Source: Tubiluchus corallicola
Lineage: Eukaryota > Animalia > Priapulida
Assembly: GCA_030141605.1 (NCBI GenBank)
Contig: JAQGDQ010000700.1
Span: forward strand, 46,136-110,135
DNA: 64,000 bases
Direction of reading: 5' to 3'
The notes below the pieces were generated by a model that searched no databases, was not told the DNA's origin, and saw only the letters and a program-made list of their open reading frames with translations. The translations under genes were made by a program, and so were the position numbers. Shown here in pieces: positions 11,299 through 24,901 of the stretch (position 1 is the first letter of the stretch; the number at the start of each line of letters is the position of its first letter).

Positions 11299-12714
11299 AT
11301 GAACAGATTATTTTTGTTGTGTACATTTATCGTCATTGGATTGCTCATCATTAGAATATGGATCAGTGCAGTTCTAGTCGCCAAACAGTCACAGTTCATC
11401 ATTAGTCTCAAGTCTTATGGGTATCCAGTAAATGTGACCTCGGCAAGTCACACGGAGTGTAATCTTGAAGTGATCCCACCTGGTTTCATACTGTGGAGCA
11501 ACAAATTTTGGCAAGAGCAGAAAGATTTAGATGGCCATTTATTTCTATACTCGTCTTTCAAGGATGTTGGTAAACGAGTGACGTACGTGCGCATTTTTGC
11601 AATGAGCGAAAAACGTCTAGAAGACAACTTAAAAATATTTTGTTACTTGTGGCCTGATAACAAATACTTACCAAATGTGGTTGTAGCTGATATTCATCAT
11701 ATCTGGATAGACGCATGGGACAAACGATCCAAGTTCCATTCACCATATATGTTTTCTTGTCGCCTTGATCCAAACGATCCAAAAAATTATACTCACGTGT
11801 CTGTCGCCTTCAATAAGTGCAGTCAACTGACAAATTCTCTGAAAATAATCTCAGAAGTGAACTCCTCAAAGAAATCTCAGTTTGCAGTGTGTTTGAAAGG
11901 ATTGGACTTTGCAGAAGACATATCAGAGCGGTTAATTGAGTGGATCGAGTTGCATCGAATTCTGGGGGCGAGAAAGATACTAATCTACAAGTTTCACGTC
12001 CACAGCAATGTAACAAAAATTTTAGACTTCTACGAAGCTGAAGGATTTGTTGACATCTATCCCATCACACTGCCAGGTAAGCAGCCAAACGCGTGGAAAG
12101 AAAGAACTGCTTACCTGAAAAACGACTCGCCTCACAAACGGCGTCACGAGATACTCTTTTACAACGATTGTCTTTACCGACTGAAGAACATCTATAAATA
12201 TGTAGTGCTTGTGGATGTTGACGAAGTTATAGTTCCTGTTAACAGCTCCACCTGGTATGAGCTTATGAAAACTGTGCGCACGGAAATCGAAAGCTCAAAC
12301 AAAACTGTTATTGCCCATAAAGGACCAATGACAATTAAATGGAAAGTAAAAAAGTACGCCTCATATTACGCAAGCAATATTTACTATTTAGACGATCATG
12401 TTGACAATTCTAGTCATTTGTACTTCCTGCAGAGGAATATTCGAAATGAATCGTTTCTTCGGAAAGGGTACGGTGTTAAAAGTTTCTTTGATACCGACGG
12501 TGTGGTGACTTTGTACAATCACCAGGTGATAAAATGGGAGCCAAATTATGGGCAAACGTACCACATACCGTACAGTTTGGCGAGGCTGCATCATTACAAA
12601 CCCTCTAATATAATTTCAAATCACGTACCAGTGGAAGATACTCTTTTACATAAATATAAACAAAAACTGACGTCAAGGACTGAAAAGGTGTTGAAACAAC
12701 TTGGACGCTTGTGA
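11299..12714 (+). CDS. Glycosyltransferase family 92 (DUF23; beta-1,4-galactosyltransferase GALT-1-like), type II membrane, intronless CDS, 471 aa
   Basis: N-terminal TM; FAVCLKGLDF..RLIEWIELHRILGA.KI.IY; YNDCLYR..YKYVVLVDVDEVIVP (DxDE); KSFF..LYNH..LHHY; AATAAA at 12759. Confidence 0.92.
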   Translation: MNRLFLLCTFIVIGLLIIRIWISAVLVAKQSQFIISLKSYGYPVNVTSASHTECNLEVIPPGFILWSNKFWQEQKDLDGHLFLYSSFKDVGKRVTYVRIFAMSEKRLEDNLKIFCYLWPDNKYLPNVVVADIHHIWIDAWDKRSKFHSPYMFSCRLDPNDPKNYTHVSVAFNKCSQLTNSLKIISEVNSSKKSQFAVCLKGLDFAEDISERLIEWIELHRILGARKILIYKFHVHSNVTKILDFYEAEGFVDIYPITLPGKQPNAWKERTAYLKNDSPHKRRHEILFYNDCLYRLKNIYKYVVLVDVDEVIVPVNSSTWYELMKTVRTEIESSNKTVIAHKGPMTIKWKVKKYASYYASNIYYLDDHVDNSSHLYFLQRNIRNESFLRKGYGVKSFFDTDGVVTLYNHQVIKWEPNYGQTYHIPYSLARLHHYKPSNIISNHVPVEDTLLHKYKQKLTSRTEKVLKQLGRL

Positions 12715-13021
12715 CACCTGTTGGATGTTATTCTGAACTACTTTATTGAACAATGCAAAATAAATTGTTACTGAATTGAAATCTCGTTTGAATAACAAAC
12801 AGCACAACCGATGACAAAAAGAACATGGAGATGAAGTTTCTTAAGTGACACGCTTCGAGTTGTGCACCAAGTAATTATCAATGATTTTTTCGTCGTCTAA
12901 GTGCTACTACGTTCTAAAACATGACACATCCCACCTGTTGATGCTCCGCATTCCTGTCCACAGCCGATGATGCGTCATCCCTCAAACCTAGAGTTGTATT
13001 TGTTAAAACTTTTTGCATTAT

Positions 13022-13265
13022 CTATGTCGTTTCAAGAGCTTTACGTAATGCTATATGATGAGGAGAATCTTCAGGTGTGCATCTTAGTGCATGCCCAATC
13101 CAATACAATCTTCTTACTTGTTTATTCCATGTCCAAGGGTTTTTCTTCAACACATCATACAGAACATTATTGGATACTCTGTCTGGACATTTAGTTGCTA
13201 ATAATTTTCTATAGAGACGTCTTTGAAAAGTACTAAGTTCCTTCTGCTGTTTAACTTTTATTAAT
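13022..13265 (-). mobile_element. RTE-clade LINE ORF2 C-terminal remnant
   Basis: FQRRLYRKLL..VSNNVLY..RRLYWIGHALR motif typical of the post-RT region of RTE-type LINEs; related to 39144-39600. Confidence 0.7.
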
Positions 13266-13660
13266 TTTGTGCAAACGAGCAAAAACAGAAAGAATCTAAT
13301 AATTAACACTTGTGTTAACTCGAGAAGTTATACACGAGAAGCATAACTCGTAATTAAGAGAATACTATGCTGAAGTTTATTCATAAGACGTTTCGCGTTG
13401 TGCACGAACAACTCGTTCTCAATTATGCAGTGCACATCTGTAAACACAGAAAGAATCTAATAATTAACAGTAAGTAATTAAACGAGTCAATATAAGAGTT
13501 AGTTGTTGTAGATTTTTGCTGATTAATATAAGAGTTAGTTGCCAGATTTTTGCTGTAACAGTAGTTTGCGAATCTGCACTACATGATCGATAGTGATAGA
13601 AGTCGAAACGACTCATTAATGAAGTGCAGCATGAAGTTGTTTTTATCATTGGTTATGCTG

Positions 13661-14030
13661 CCTATGATACACCAAAGAGTCCAGCGTCTGCCGTCTGAAA
13701 ACGATAAATGGTCCCTCAGTACGTGAAACCAAAGATTTTGGCAGCAAAGATGCTCATAACTAGACGCTGAAAGACAGAGAGTCCATGACTCCATGTCGTG
13801 TCTATTACTCAATCAGTCAATGATGACTGGACCTGCAATTCTGAGACAACATACCCGATTCTTACAATCATTGGCAAAAGTTCAAAACCATCTTGCAAAA
13901 GACCATCTTCCAAATTCGAATCATAATTGAAATTTCTAACAGACTGGTTTTATTTTCGTCACAAACCTTTTAAATTGCATAATATTTGCAGTAGGTTTTT
14001 CAGACGCTGGACGCTTTGGTGTATCATAGG
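13661..14030. repeat. 30-bp inverted repeat pair (possible MITE)
   Basis: CCTATGATACACCAAAGAGTCCAGCGTCTG at 13661-13690 vs CAGACGCTGGACGCTTTGGTGTATCATAGG at 14001-14030 (1 mismatch). Confidence 0.6.
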
Positions 14031-14634
14031 AATCATTATTCGAACAAGACTTCTAGATCTAGAAACAAAACAAGGGGTTTGTTTTATATTTTATGCGTGA
14101 TACATTGGTTTTTCCAAAAGTAAAATGGCGAACATATTATCTGTAAATTGGCCTCTCATTTTTCAGCACGTGTATTCTCACTTTTAAGTGTAGCTAGCTA
14201 TGTTTGCTTTGAATAGCTATTTGAGTGGCGTATGTATAAACAGACCGTATTGTTAACTAGCATACACACAGTTACTATAAGTGTGAGAAATTTAAATCGC
14301 GTTTATAACATTTAAAACAGTCTGATGTCAATCGCGGTATAGTCACGCTCAGTAGATGTAGAAAGATAATACATAGATGATAAAGTACTTAATTTGTTGT
14401 AGTAAGGAAGGACAAGTTTAGATATTTAAGCAAGTTAGTAGCGCTAGTATTAGAATTGTTAAGTAGATTACGGGTCATTTTCTTTTCAGTTTCTGCGATA
14501 GCAACTAATAATGCAGAAAAAACATTACCTACAGAAATAGCACAATCGATGTCATTAAATTTCCGAATTTGACCACAAATTACTTAATTTGAATAATGAC
14601 ATCTCTAGATGCACTACGTTGTAAAATATACGTT

Positions 14635-14780
14635 ACAGCTCAATATTTCGGCAACCAAATGTAGCCATTTTCGGGAGAACGATTTTTTTCATTTTCAAAA
14701 AAATTAAATATATATGAAAAATCATGTTCTACAAAATGACTGGCCTATATCGACGAAGGCTGTCGAAATATTGAGCTGTG
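14635..14780. repeat. 22-bp inverted repeat pair (small foldback element)
   Basis: ACAGCTCAATATTTCGGCAACC ... GGCTGTCGAAATATTGAGCTGT. Confidence 0.55.
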
Positions 14781-15067
14781 TTTCTCTATAAATCATTTCT
14801 CAATTAATTTATATTTTATATTTCAAATACCTTTTATGACTGACTAGGCGAGTGACTGAAACTCTAGTAGCCACCAATAGATGTCAGCAGCTTATAAGGG
14901 CATCGGTACAATGTTGTTTCTTATATTTGAATACAATTTCATGTTTACCTTGCTTTTTAAAATTTTTTAATCAAATATGACGAAACTGTAGAATCGGTGT
15001 AGAAGTTGAACATTACACGTTCACAAATGCCACCAAATTGTTTTTTTTTTGCAAATACAAAAGACTC

Positions 15068-15846
15068 GTGAGATGAGATGACGTGAAGCGAGATGGGATG
15101 AGATGAGATGAAGTCAGGTAAGATGAGCTCAGCTAAGCTGAAATGAGATGAGAAGAGATCGAAGTGAGATGAGATGAGGTAGTGTGAGATTGTGAGATAA
15201 GACAACATGAGATGGGCGTGAGCTGAGGTGGGATGAGACGAGAGGAGACGTGGTGAGCTGAGCTGGGAGATGTGATGAGATGAAGTGAGGTGAAATGAGT
15301 GAGATGAACTGGGAGATGTGATGAGATGAAGTGAGGTGAGATGGGTGAGATGAGCTGGGAGATGTGATGAGATGAAGTGAGGTGAGATGGGTGAGACGAG
15401 TTGGGAGATGTGGTGAAGTGAGGTGAGATAGGTGAGACGAGCTGGGAGATGTGATGAGATGAAGTGAGATGAGATGAGCTGGGAGATGTGATGAGATGAA
15501 GTGAGGTGAGATGAGCTGGGAGATGTGATGAGATGAAGTGAGGTGAGTTGGGCAAGACGAGCTGGGAGACGTGATGAGATGAAGTGAGATGTGATGAGAT
15601 GAAATGAGAGGAGATGAGCTGGGGGATGTGATGAGATGAAGTGAGGTAAGATGAGCTGGGAGATGTGATGAGATGAAGTGAGGTGAGTTGGGCAAGACGA
15701 GCTGGGAGACGTGATGAGATGAAGTGAGATGTGATGAGATGAAATGAGAGGAGATGAGCTGGGAAATATGATTAATGAAGTGAGGTGAGATGAGCTGGGA
15801 GATGTGATGAGATGAAATGAGAGGAGATCAGCTGGGAAATGTGATG
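15068..15846. repeat. Purine-rich pentamer-based satellite (GAGAT/GTGAT/GAAGT/GAGGT/GAGCTGG)
   Basis: Directly visible; source of the spurious S/H/L-rich minus-strand ORFs. Confidence 0.9.
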
Positions 15847-17151
15847 TAACTGCATTGTAAATGTGTATTTCAAATATATACTATTTTTTGAACATGGAAA
15901 TGAAAGCTTATCACTGCCCAGAAGTTCAGAGCGATAAAAAGCACTGACGTCTAAATTGAGCTACTCATGGTCTGTGAAATTACTAGGAAGTAGCTTGGAG
16001 TTTTGGAACTCACAAACAAAAGGATCAGTGAGGTGTGTGTTCGCCTATGCATGAGTTTATCCCAGAAGCAGCGAAATGGAACAAATAAGAGCTGCGTTCG
16101 CCTCTTTCAGGGCAGCAAATTAGTGATGTTTTAAGTACGTGTGTGTGTGTGCGCGCGAGCATATCTGTTTATCTCCCATTATAATACTCAATTGCTTACA
16201 CTGTTTGCAAAGACTTCGTCTGATTAAAGTCTAAAATGTAGGCGTAGCAATAGAAAATGTTGTTTCTGTCTATTCTGTGCAAAAAATGGACCGCTGCTTA
16301 CTTCACAGCCGGCTTAATTTGCCTGTTTTTTGTAACTTACATGCTCATACCGTATAAGGTAAGGCGCACTTATAAGATTCAGTAACCTAAACGTTCAGGT
16401 CTCTGACCTATTAATGGTGCACAGTATCACGCGTATTTACGCATTTTACATGTAAAATTTAAATAAATGTTGTTTTCTAGTTGAATGTGGAAGAGTTTTC
16501 GTCTTCTCGGACTTCATCAGCTGTCATCCATTAAATATACTTCAAGATCTTAGCTGTATCTAATGGATGTCAGTTAATGAAGTCTGAGAGGAAGAAAGCT
16601 CCTGAAAGAATAAAGAATTTTTTTAGATTTTTGACCATGGCAATTCTCAGAAGAGCACTATCTTATTTTCAAGCCAGATTACGACGATATTCAATTTACA
16701 ATGGCAGACTAATGAAATGTAGTCGTTGTTCCATTAACGTCAAGAGACAATTGTTTAATGCTCACAGCACACATCTTTACTGTATGTCCATTTGGAGACA
16801 TTTTTATTTTTACAGTCTTAGGAAACTTAAGGTTGCGTATAATGTATCAGCATGGAAGCTTTTTAACTTTTCATAATTATGATATGAGCGCTAGATATAT
16901 TTCTACTATTTTGATGTGATTCATAGGAAATGTGCATACAGTTTATACATTAGGTTCAACAAGAGTGAAAATTTTATATGCCAGAGCATTTTAAATAGAG
17001 ATTTAAACCTTTCTTGTGAAGTGAGATGTCAGTGGCGAAGTTTGTTATTTCGTTAATTATTATTTGTGTTATCTTCGTGCAAAATTTTATTGTATTCTTG
17101 TATTGACTTGTGATGTGCATACGAACTTTGTAAAGTTTTAAATAAAATATT
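15845..17151 (+). repeat. Local segmental duplication, copy 1 (paralogue at 20196-21526)
   Basis: Long runs of identity from TGTAACTGCATTGTAAATG to TAAAGTTTT.AATAAAATAT, with reciprocal indels. Confidence 0.92.
16257..16358 (+). CDS. Putative first coding exon (TM anchor) of the GT32 gene, copy A
   Basis: ATG..MLFLSILCKKWTAAYFTAGLICLFFVTYMLIPYK then AAG|GTAAGG; phase 0 matches the acceptor at 26018/26019. Confidence 0.55.
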
Positions 17152-17870
17152 GGTGAGATAGGTGAGACGAGCTGGGAGATGTGATGAGATGAAAGTGAGG
17201 TGAGATGGGTGAGACGAGCTTGGAGATATGATGAGATGAAGTGAGATGAGCTGGGAGATATGATTAATGAAGTGAGGTGAGATGAGCTGGGAGATGCGAG
17301 GAGATGAAATGAGAGGAGATGAGCTGGGAAATGTGATGAGATGAAGTGAGGTGAGATGGGCGAGACGAGCTGTGAGTTGTGATGAGATGAAGTGAGATGA
17401 GATGAGCTGGGAGATGTGATGAGGCGAAGTGAGATGAGCTGGGAGATATGATTAATGAAGTGAGGTGAGATGAGCTGGGAGATGCGAGGAGATGAAATGA
17501 GAGGACATGAGCTGGGAAATGTGATGAGATGAAGTGAGATGAGCTGGGAGATATGATTAATGAAGTGAGGTGAGATGAGCTGGGAGATGCGAGGAGATGA
17601 AATGAGAGGACATGAGCTGGGAAATGTGATGAGATGAAGTGAGATGAGCTGGGAGATATGATTAATGAAGTGAGGTGAGATGAGCTGGGAGATGCGAGGA
17701 GATGAAATGAGAGGAGATGAGCTGGGAAATGTGATGAGATGAAGTGAGATGAGCTGGGAGATATGATTAATGAAGTGAGATGAGAGGAGCTGGGAGATGC
17801 GATGAGATGAAATGAGAAGAGATGAATTGAGATGAGTGGAGCTGGGAAATGTGATGAGATGAAGTGAGAA
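17152..17870. repeat. Second block of the GAGAT-type satellite
   Basis: Same motifs as 15068-15846, with longer repeated sub-blocks. Confidence 0.9.
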
Positions 17871-19174
17871 GAAATTCTTGTCTGTTTATGGAAAGTAGAA
17901 AAAGTCCTGAGCGATTTATCATTTTAATAGATACTAGTTTTATCTGAAGGTCTTTCATTGCCTTGGCTTTCTCGGTAACAATAAAATTTTAAATCCTCTC
18001 AATTGAAATCAGGGAAAGGTGGGTTCCATGTATTTATGACGCGTTTCGTACGTGCTCTGTGTTCTAAGCTAAAATAGTAGAAAAGGTTAATGGCCATCTC
18101 AAGGCAACATTAGTAACATAGGTAACATCTCAAGGCAAGTCTCCTTCTCATACTTTAAATCTTAGCAGGTGTTTAGTGTCTGAAATAAATCCATTAAAAG
18201 ATTTCAAATTCTAGTTCCGATTCATTCACCTGGACCTATTTCCAAAGGCTTTAATCTTTGCCCTTTTATTAGCAAGTATTACTGAGGAGAATTACTGGAG
18301 ACGCTGTCGTAGAATCTTGCTGACAAGAATTGAATATTTACCCGATACTCAATGTATTCATGATTAATGATGTAACGATAATTGAACAGACTAGGTACTC
18401 AAAGTTTGATGATTATAGCAAAGTTTGAAGTATGATCATGCTGTGCAATCTGACTACATCAAATTCAATGTGCGGTAAATTCATCACTGCGCCTTGGATT
18501 TTGTAATCGTTGCACCTTCCTCCAAAAAACTTCAGGATGGAGATACAAATCAGGTGGCCCATGCTGAAAGGGGGAACCAACAACCAATGCTCGTTGTATT
18601 AGATCACTTTTGAGACCAGCTAATTTTCCCCTCTCAGAATGCGTGAAATTTTCACTATAAATTTCGATTAATGCAGCTTGTGTTGGAGGGCAATCATTGA
18701 AATGAACTTCAGTGCGTGCGTCTTCTCGCAAAAATGCAAACGAGGAGGAAATCATTCAAATAACATTTCACAAGTCAGTTATAAATTATCAGTTTTCTTT
18801 CATTTGATAGACACTTGCTAACCTTTTAATACTATCATCTGCCTAGGTTCTAGTTTCTATTGTACATTGCACATAAGCATGCAAGTTTTTCATGTTTACC
18901 ATTTCTACGCCAAGTAAGTTAACATTATTTTCGCAGACAGAGTTTTGATTAGAAATTTCGAACACATGAATCAGAATTCGAATCTTTTGTCTCATGCAAA
19001 TACTTACACTTATCTGGATTAGCTTTCATAATATTCTGTTGCAAACTAGTTTAGCACTCGCTTTTACTCATTTTGCAACAGTGTCTCGATTATACTCGAA
19101 TATACAAATCGTGATCACATTATAGCCATAGATATCTTAGAATTAATGAACTGTATCACCGCGAATGTCTATTG

Positions 19175-19745
19175 TTTCTATACAAGTATTTCTCCTTCCT
19201 CCTACATTTGTTAATTATTTAACTCCCGTTTAACAAATCCATAACTACTTTACTCATAGAGTTGTTGGTAACTTTTATCCTCCTGCCATTCACACTAGTT
19301 ACGGTTACCGAATTCTTTCATATACTGCTATCTAACAATGGGCTCAAATTCCTCCTTGGGCAAAAGAACTTCAATTACAATGTTTTAAAAAGCATTTATT
19401 TTGATTTGTTGCTAACACGTTGCCAAATCTGCTAATTGGTGTTTTTAAGTACCTCTAATGATCTAATCTCATTTGTCTGTATTATTATCATTAATTGTTT
19501 TTATAGCTGAATATTGTTTTAACTTTGAGCTATTTTGTATGTATTTCTCTGTCTGCACCATGCATGTGTTTGCGCCATCTCGTGGTGAGTGTCGAAAGCT
19601 CACGCTCCTACTCTCCTCGAGGCTGATTTGTACAATTGCCAAACCGTTTCTGTTTTTATTATTATATTGTTGTTATCATAATGTAAATAGTTTAATGTTT
19701 TGTGTTGCAAATCAGCCAAATAAAAAACTATTGTATTGAATTGAA
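19175..19745 (+). mobile_element. 5'-truncated CR1/L2-type LINE 3' end
   Basis: HNYFTHRVVGNFYPPAIHTSYGYRILSYTAI*QWAQIPPWAKELQLQCFKKHL resembles the CR1/L2 ORF2 C-terminus; AATAAA then TTGAA-type tail. Confidence 0.6.
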
Positions 19746-19952
19746 TACTTGTACACTAACTCAGAACTTTAAATTACATTCTTTAAAAGATAACAAGATG
19801 ATTTTTCCTATTCGCCTACATTTTCAAGCACGGTAAAATGTATACATTTTAATACCAGTAATACTGCAAAAGCATTTCTGATAATTAAATAACAGATTAA
19901 AATCTTTTTAACGGCGGGGGAGCCCAACTGTTTATGATATCGCAAATGAACA

Positions 19953-20178
<226 letters not shown>

Positions 20179-20195
20179 TTTTTATTATCTTGTCT

Positions 20196-21526
20196 TGTAA
20201 CTGCATTGTAAATGTGTATTTCAAATATATACTATTTTTTGAACATAGGAAATGAAAGCTTATCACTGCCTAGAAGTTCAGAGCGATAAAAAGCACTGAC
20301 GTCTAAATTGAGCTACTCATGGTCTGTGAAATTACTAGGAAGTAGCTTGGAGTTTTGGAACTCACAAACAAAAGGATCAGTGAGGTGTGTGTTCGCCTAT
20401 GCATGAGTTTATCCCAGAAGCAGCGAAATGGAACAAATAAGAGGTGCGTTCGCCTCTTTCAGGGCAGCAAATTACTGATGTTTTAAGTACGTGTGTGTGT
20501 GCGAGCATATCTGTTTATCTCCCATTATAATACTCAATTGCTTACACTGTTTGCAAAGACTTCGTCTGATTAAAGTCTAAAATGTAGGAGTAGTAATAGA
20601 AAATGTTGTTTCTGTCTATTCTGTGCAAAAAATGGAACGCTGCTTACTTCACAGCCGGCTTAATTTGCCCGTTTTTTGTAACTTACATGCTCATACCGTA
20701 TAAGGTAAGGCGCACTTATAAGATTCAGTAACCTAAACGTTCAGGTCTCTGACCTATTAATGGTGCACAGTATCACGCGTATTTACGTATTTTATATGTA
20801 AAATTAAAATAAATGTCGTTTTCTAGCTGTGTCTAGGAATGTGGGCGAATTAAAGGAGAACATTAAGATATATTACGAGAATAATCGTAAAAGAAGCAGC
20901 CAAAATGCCCTTAAATCTCAAAAAATTCGTTATTTTTCAAGAGTTTTCGTCCTCTCGGACTCTTAGCTGTATCTAATGGATGTCAGTTAATGAAGTCTGT
21001 GAGGAAGAAACCTCCTGAAAGAATAAAGAATTTTTTGAGATTTAAAGATATTTTGACTTTATTCAATTTACAATGGCAGACTAATGAAATGTAGTCATTG
21101 TTCCATTAACGTCAAGAGACAATTGTTTAATGCCCACAGCACACATCTTTACTGTATGTCCATTTGGTGATATTTTTATTTTTACAGTCTTAGGAAACTT
21201 AAGGTTACGTATAATGTATCAGCATGGAAGCTTTTTAACTTTTCATAATTATGATATGAGCACTAGATATATTTCTACTATTTTGATGTGATTCATAGGA
21301 AGTGCATTTTATGCAGTTTATATATTAGGTTCAACAAGAGTGAAAATTTTATATGCAAGAGCATTTTAAATAGAGATTTAAACCTTTCTTGTGAAGTGAG
21401 ATGTCAGTGGCGAAGTTTGTTATATCGTTAATTATTATTTGTGTTATCTTCGTGCAAAATTTTATTGTATTCTTGTATTGACTTGTGATGTGCATATGAA
21501 CTTTGTAAAGTTTTGAATAAAATATT
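20196..21526 (+). repeat. Local segmental duplication, copy 2
   Basis: Matches 15845-17151; carries an extra ~115 bp near 20826-20938 and lacks two segments present in copy 1. Confidence 0.92.
20603..20704 (+). CDS. Putative first coding exon (TM anchor) of the GT32 gene, copy B
   Basis: MLFLSILCKKWNAAYFTAGLICPFFVTYMLIPYK|GTAAGG; phase 0. Confidence 0.55.
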
Positions 21527-24272
21527 AAATCAATATAAAAAATAGACATAGTACTTATATAAGCTAAAATAATACAGAATATGCTATTTTTGAAGTTTTT
21601 GGTTTTAACTTTCGTGCTTACTGGTAGTTAATTTATTAGTAAGCAATGCTGCAAGTTTGGAAGTGCCTGACAAATTATTGCACTCACAGCAGCTGGACTG
21701 GTTTTCATTTTAGGAATACGTGAATTAATTCACACGCAGAAATTTTATTTTGATTCTAAATTTTGGACTGCTAATGTTAAAAACAAAATTTTCAAATGTT
21801 TTCTTTGGGTTTTACATTTTGTTTCTTTATGGATGCCAAACTGTTGTACTTTGCATATCTAGAATTGGTGTTAACAAACCAATTATCCAGCTAAATTACA
21901 GAATGTAATAAGTTCGAATTAATAAAATAATTAACTAATTAACATAATTATTATTTATAATGGCTCAGGAATACGGTTGAAACGTTTCACAGTTATGCAT
22001 AACGCTCTTACAAGCTTAATAATCTCTTGAATTTATGTATATGTTTTGTTTATAGTAACGAATGTAATTAAAAGGCGTGGACGGAGGATCTTTGAAAAGG
22101 GGTGTCCATATCTACTGAGTGTCTGGGAAGCTTTGCCCAGAAAACTTTTGAATTTAGAGGGTCGGAAATGGCATTTTTGTTTTACTTTTTCACTTTTACG
22201 CCACTGAACAAAACACGATTTTTACATCGTTCTAATCAACAAGTATCAGAATTGTCAGAAAAGTTACGTTCACTCAGTCGTTGTTTTGAAACGTTCTGAC
22301 TAAACAGACAACAAAAACTAAACAAGTGATTGATATAAAAATCAGCTACGTGCAATACAAGCCGTCCAACACGCAACAAGGCTTTCTAAAAGGCCCTAGT
22401 GAAGGTGCAAGAATATCTTAGACTTTTGTAAATGACAGTATTACTCAGTTTTTTGCGTTATATGATTGAAAATCCGACCTAAATTATAAGTGAAAAAGTT
22501 CAGAAAAGCCTAACTGTACAGCAAACACTGAACTAAACAAATGAACGAAGAAGCGTCTCTCGATTTAGCAGCTCCAATCGGTGAAATTTTGCTCAGTACT
22601 CAGTACTAGATTTCATTTTAATGATGCATTCTCAATTGACGAGGTTGAAAATTAGCATGTTGTTAGTGTGCAAATTCAGTGAACATTTACAGCAGAAACC
22701 TATAAACGGTTCAAAGCTACAAAATGGGGCGGATCCGAAGAACTTCCTGCACCCTCCTGGATCTGTTAATTAGTGCATAATTTTATGCAGTTAACTGGTT
22801 TGTGCTTGTTAGGTGTTAACGAAAATTGTGTACAAAATATTTTAGATAAACAAATAAATATTTATCTTGGGTTTATCAATAAAGGTACATGTAATGATAA
22901 ATGCCTACTCTTTTTTTGTTTTTCTGTTAAAATGTTAGGTTCTCTATCGTTTCGCTCACGAAATAATCGTCATGCAAGGAAAAATTGTTAAAAATTAAAA
23001 TAGTTGAATAAGCACACAGAATTCTCCAATAATTATAAACATTTACTTTTTACATACTTGTTTATTTTCATTTGGTATTTTGTATTTTCAACATATCTAT
23101 GTATTATTCTGTTATGGCAAATGCAATAAAATAAACTAATAAAGCTAATAAACATTCATTTCAATCTCTTGTCGTTGTAGCTGTTGGTTCGCAATTCGAT
23201 TACTATTTTCTAAGTTTTTTAAGCTCGCGGATGCACTTTCTAAGTACAAGGAGGTAAAAAGATCCACTATTTCGCTCGTTCATGAATCACTTTTTCTCAA
23301 TAAAGATCTGCCTGCCACTGTCGCCTGACGTGGTGAAAAAACAATTTGCTGTCCAAATTAACTTATCATGAAAGAAGACACTCGGAAAAAATTCTTGCCT
23401 CTAAGTTGTGGAGGTTTTTATGACAAGTCGCATAGGATCATTTGCAAAATGATTTACGTGAGTCGAGCTCTTTGGTTAACTAAATTTTATGATGCCTCGT
23501 GTATTGCGGACCTTGAGCCACTGCCTTATACTCCTACAGTTGTTTTGCATAAGTGTTTGTGATGTGTTAGAATGTTGTCAAAACTATTTCTTTAACAACA
23601 TTTCTGCACGGCCGTCTGTCGTGGTTTACCATAAATTCACTGCTGTTGCCTTCAATGCCTTTTAATTCGTATAATAATCAGCAACCTCTCTCCAGGTAGC
23701 TGGACAAATATGCAGCATTTTATAATTAAGAATTTAGAAGTATTCAAAACCAGTAAAATTGGCTATGCCATCTGTGCAAAACGAACTGGAATCAAAACAT
23801 TTACGCAGCATGAGGCAAAATGATACTTGCAGTTTATAATGGATAATTCAGCTGATAACATAATGTGAGAGCACTAACCTCGTGGTAATTTTTCGCTTGC
23901 GGCATTTTTTCAAAATTTGCGTCTTAGCAAGTCAGGCATAGACATCTTGCCATTAATAATTAAATGTGATTAAATGCTAGCGAAATTGTCTATAAATATT
24001 TCAAGATACTTTACTTTAATCACACATTCCGTTTAAAATTGCTTAGTTGTGTTGCTGTCAAAACAACTTATTCTAGTACAACAGTGATTCTCTAATTATT
24101 ATTACTGTATTTTCATTACGATAAAGAGAAAGGGTTCCGTGTGAATGACTTTAATGGGCAAAGAAACAAAAGGTTAAATGAAGGAATAAGCGGATTAGTG
24201 GGGCGGTTTCGTTTTGGTTGGTGGTTGTGGGTGGCTCATGGTCAGAGAAGTGTTCTGATTAAGCTTGTGACG

Positions 24273-24901
24273 CATAGGCGTACGAGATAGGATCGGGGGG
24301 GGGGGGGGCGGCGCCTAATTTCCCAGGGCAAATGAATTGGACATTTTCAGAGCAAATAATTCGGTTTTGAAATTTCAAAATTTAAGTTGTTAATATTCAA
24401 AAATTGTTTACGTATTGCATTGCCTCTTTTTACTGGCTGCAGTTAAAATGTTTATTATTTTTAACTTTTGTTTTTAACTTTTAATTGTTTTTAACTTTTA
24501 AGGCAAATTGTTTTTAACTTATATTAAAGCTAATTATTTTAAAGTTACAAGTAGCGCCTGCTATCAATTTTAGTTCACTAAACCTCATAGATTCTTTATA
24601 CACTTTTAAATAAATGCCCATCAGTCTACTGGCAAGACAATAGACATATTTGCAAAAGGAAAGCATAAACCATCACCATGATTTCTTTTGAATTTCTGAA
24701 ACGTTAGGAAAAGTGTATCTGTAAGTATTGCATGTTTTGCACTTTCAGATTTATAAGTGTAAATACTTTGTTGTAGACAGTTTTTATGTACCCCGTTTTC
24801 TGCACTTATTTCGTAATCGCTTAAACTAAGAAAATTTTCAGGGCAATTCATTATACCAACCCCCCACCCCCACTTGTGAAACTTCCTCCTCTACGCCTAT
24901 G
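24273..24901. mobile_element. hAT-like MITE
   Basis: 10-bp TIR CATAGGCGTA / TACGCCTATG with G-rich and C-rich subterminal tracts; TSD not clear. Confidence 0.55.

Noticed and set aside
12920-12990. Possible minus-strand terminal exon ending in CVMF* (CaaX-like)
   Set aside because: Very short, no convincing upstream exons, adjacent to a LINE remnant
14957-15695. Ser/His/Leu-rich minus-strand ORFs
   Set aside because: Translations of the GAGAT satellite
18465-18755. 96-aa minus-strand ORF (and ORFs at 43918-44538)
   Set aside because: No recognisable domain or splice context; possibly decayed transposon sequence, which I cannot support without a search
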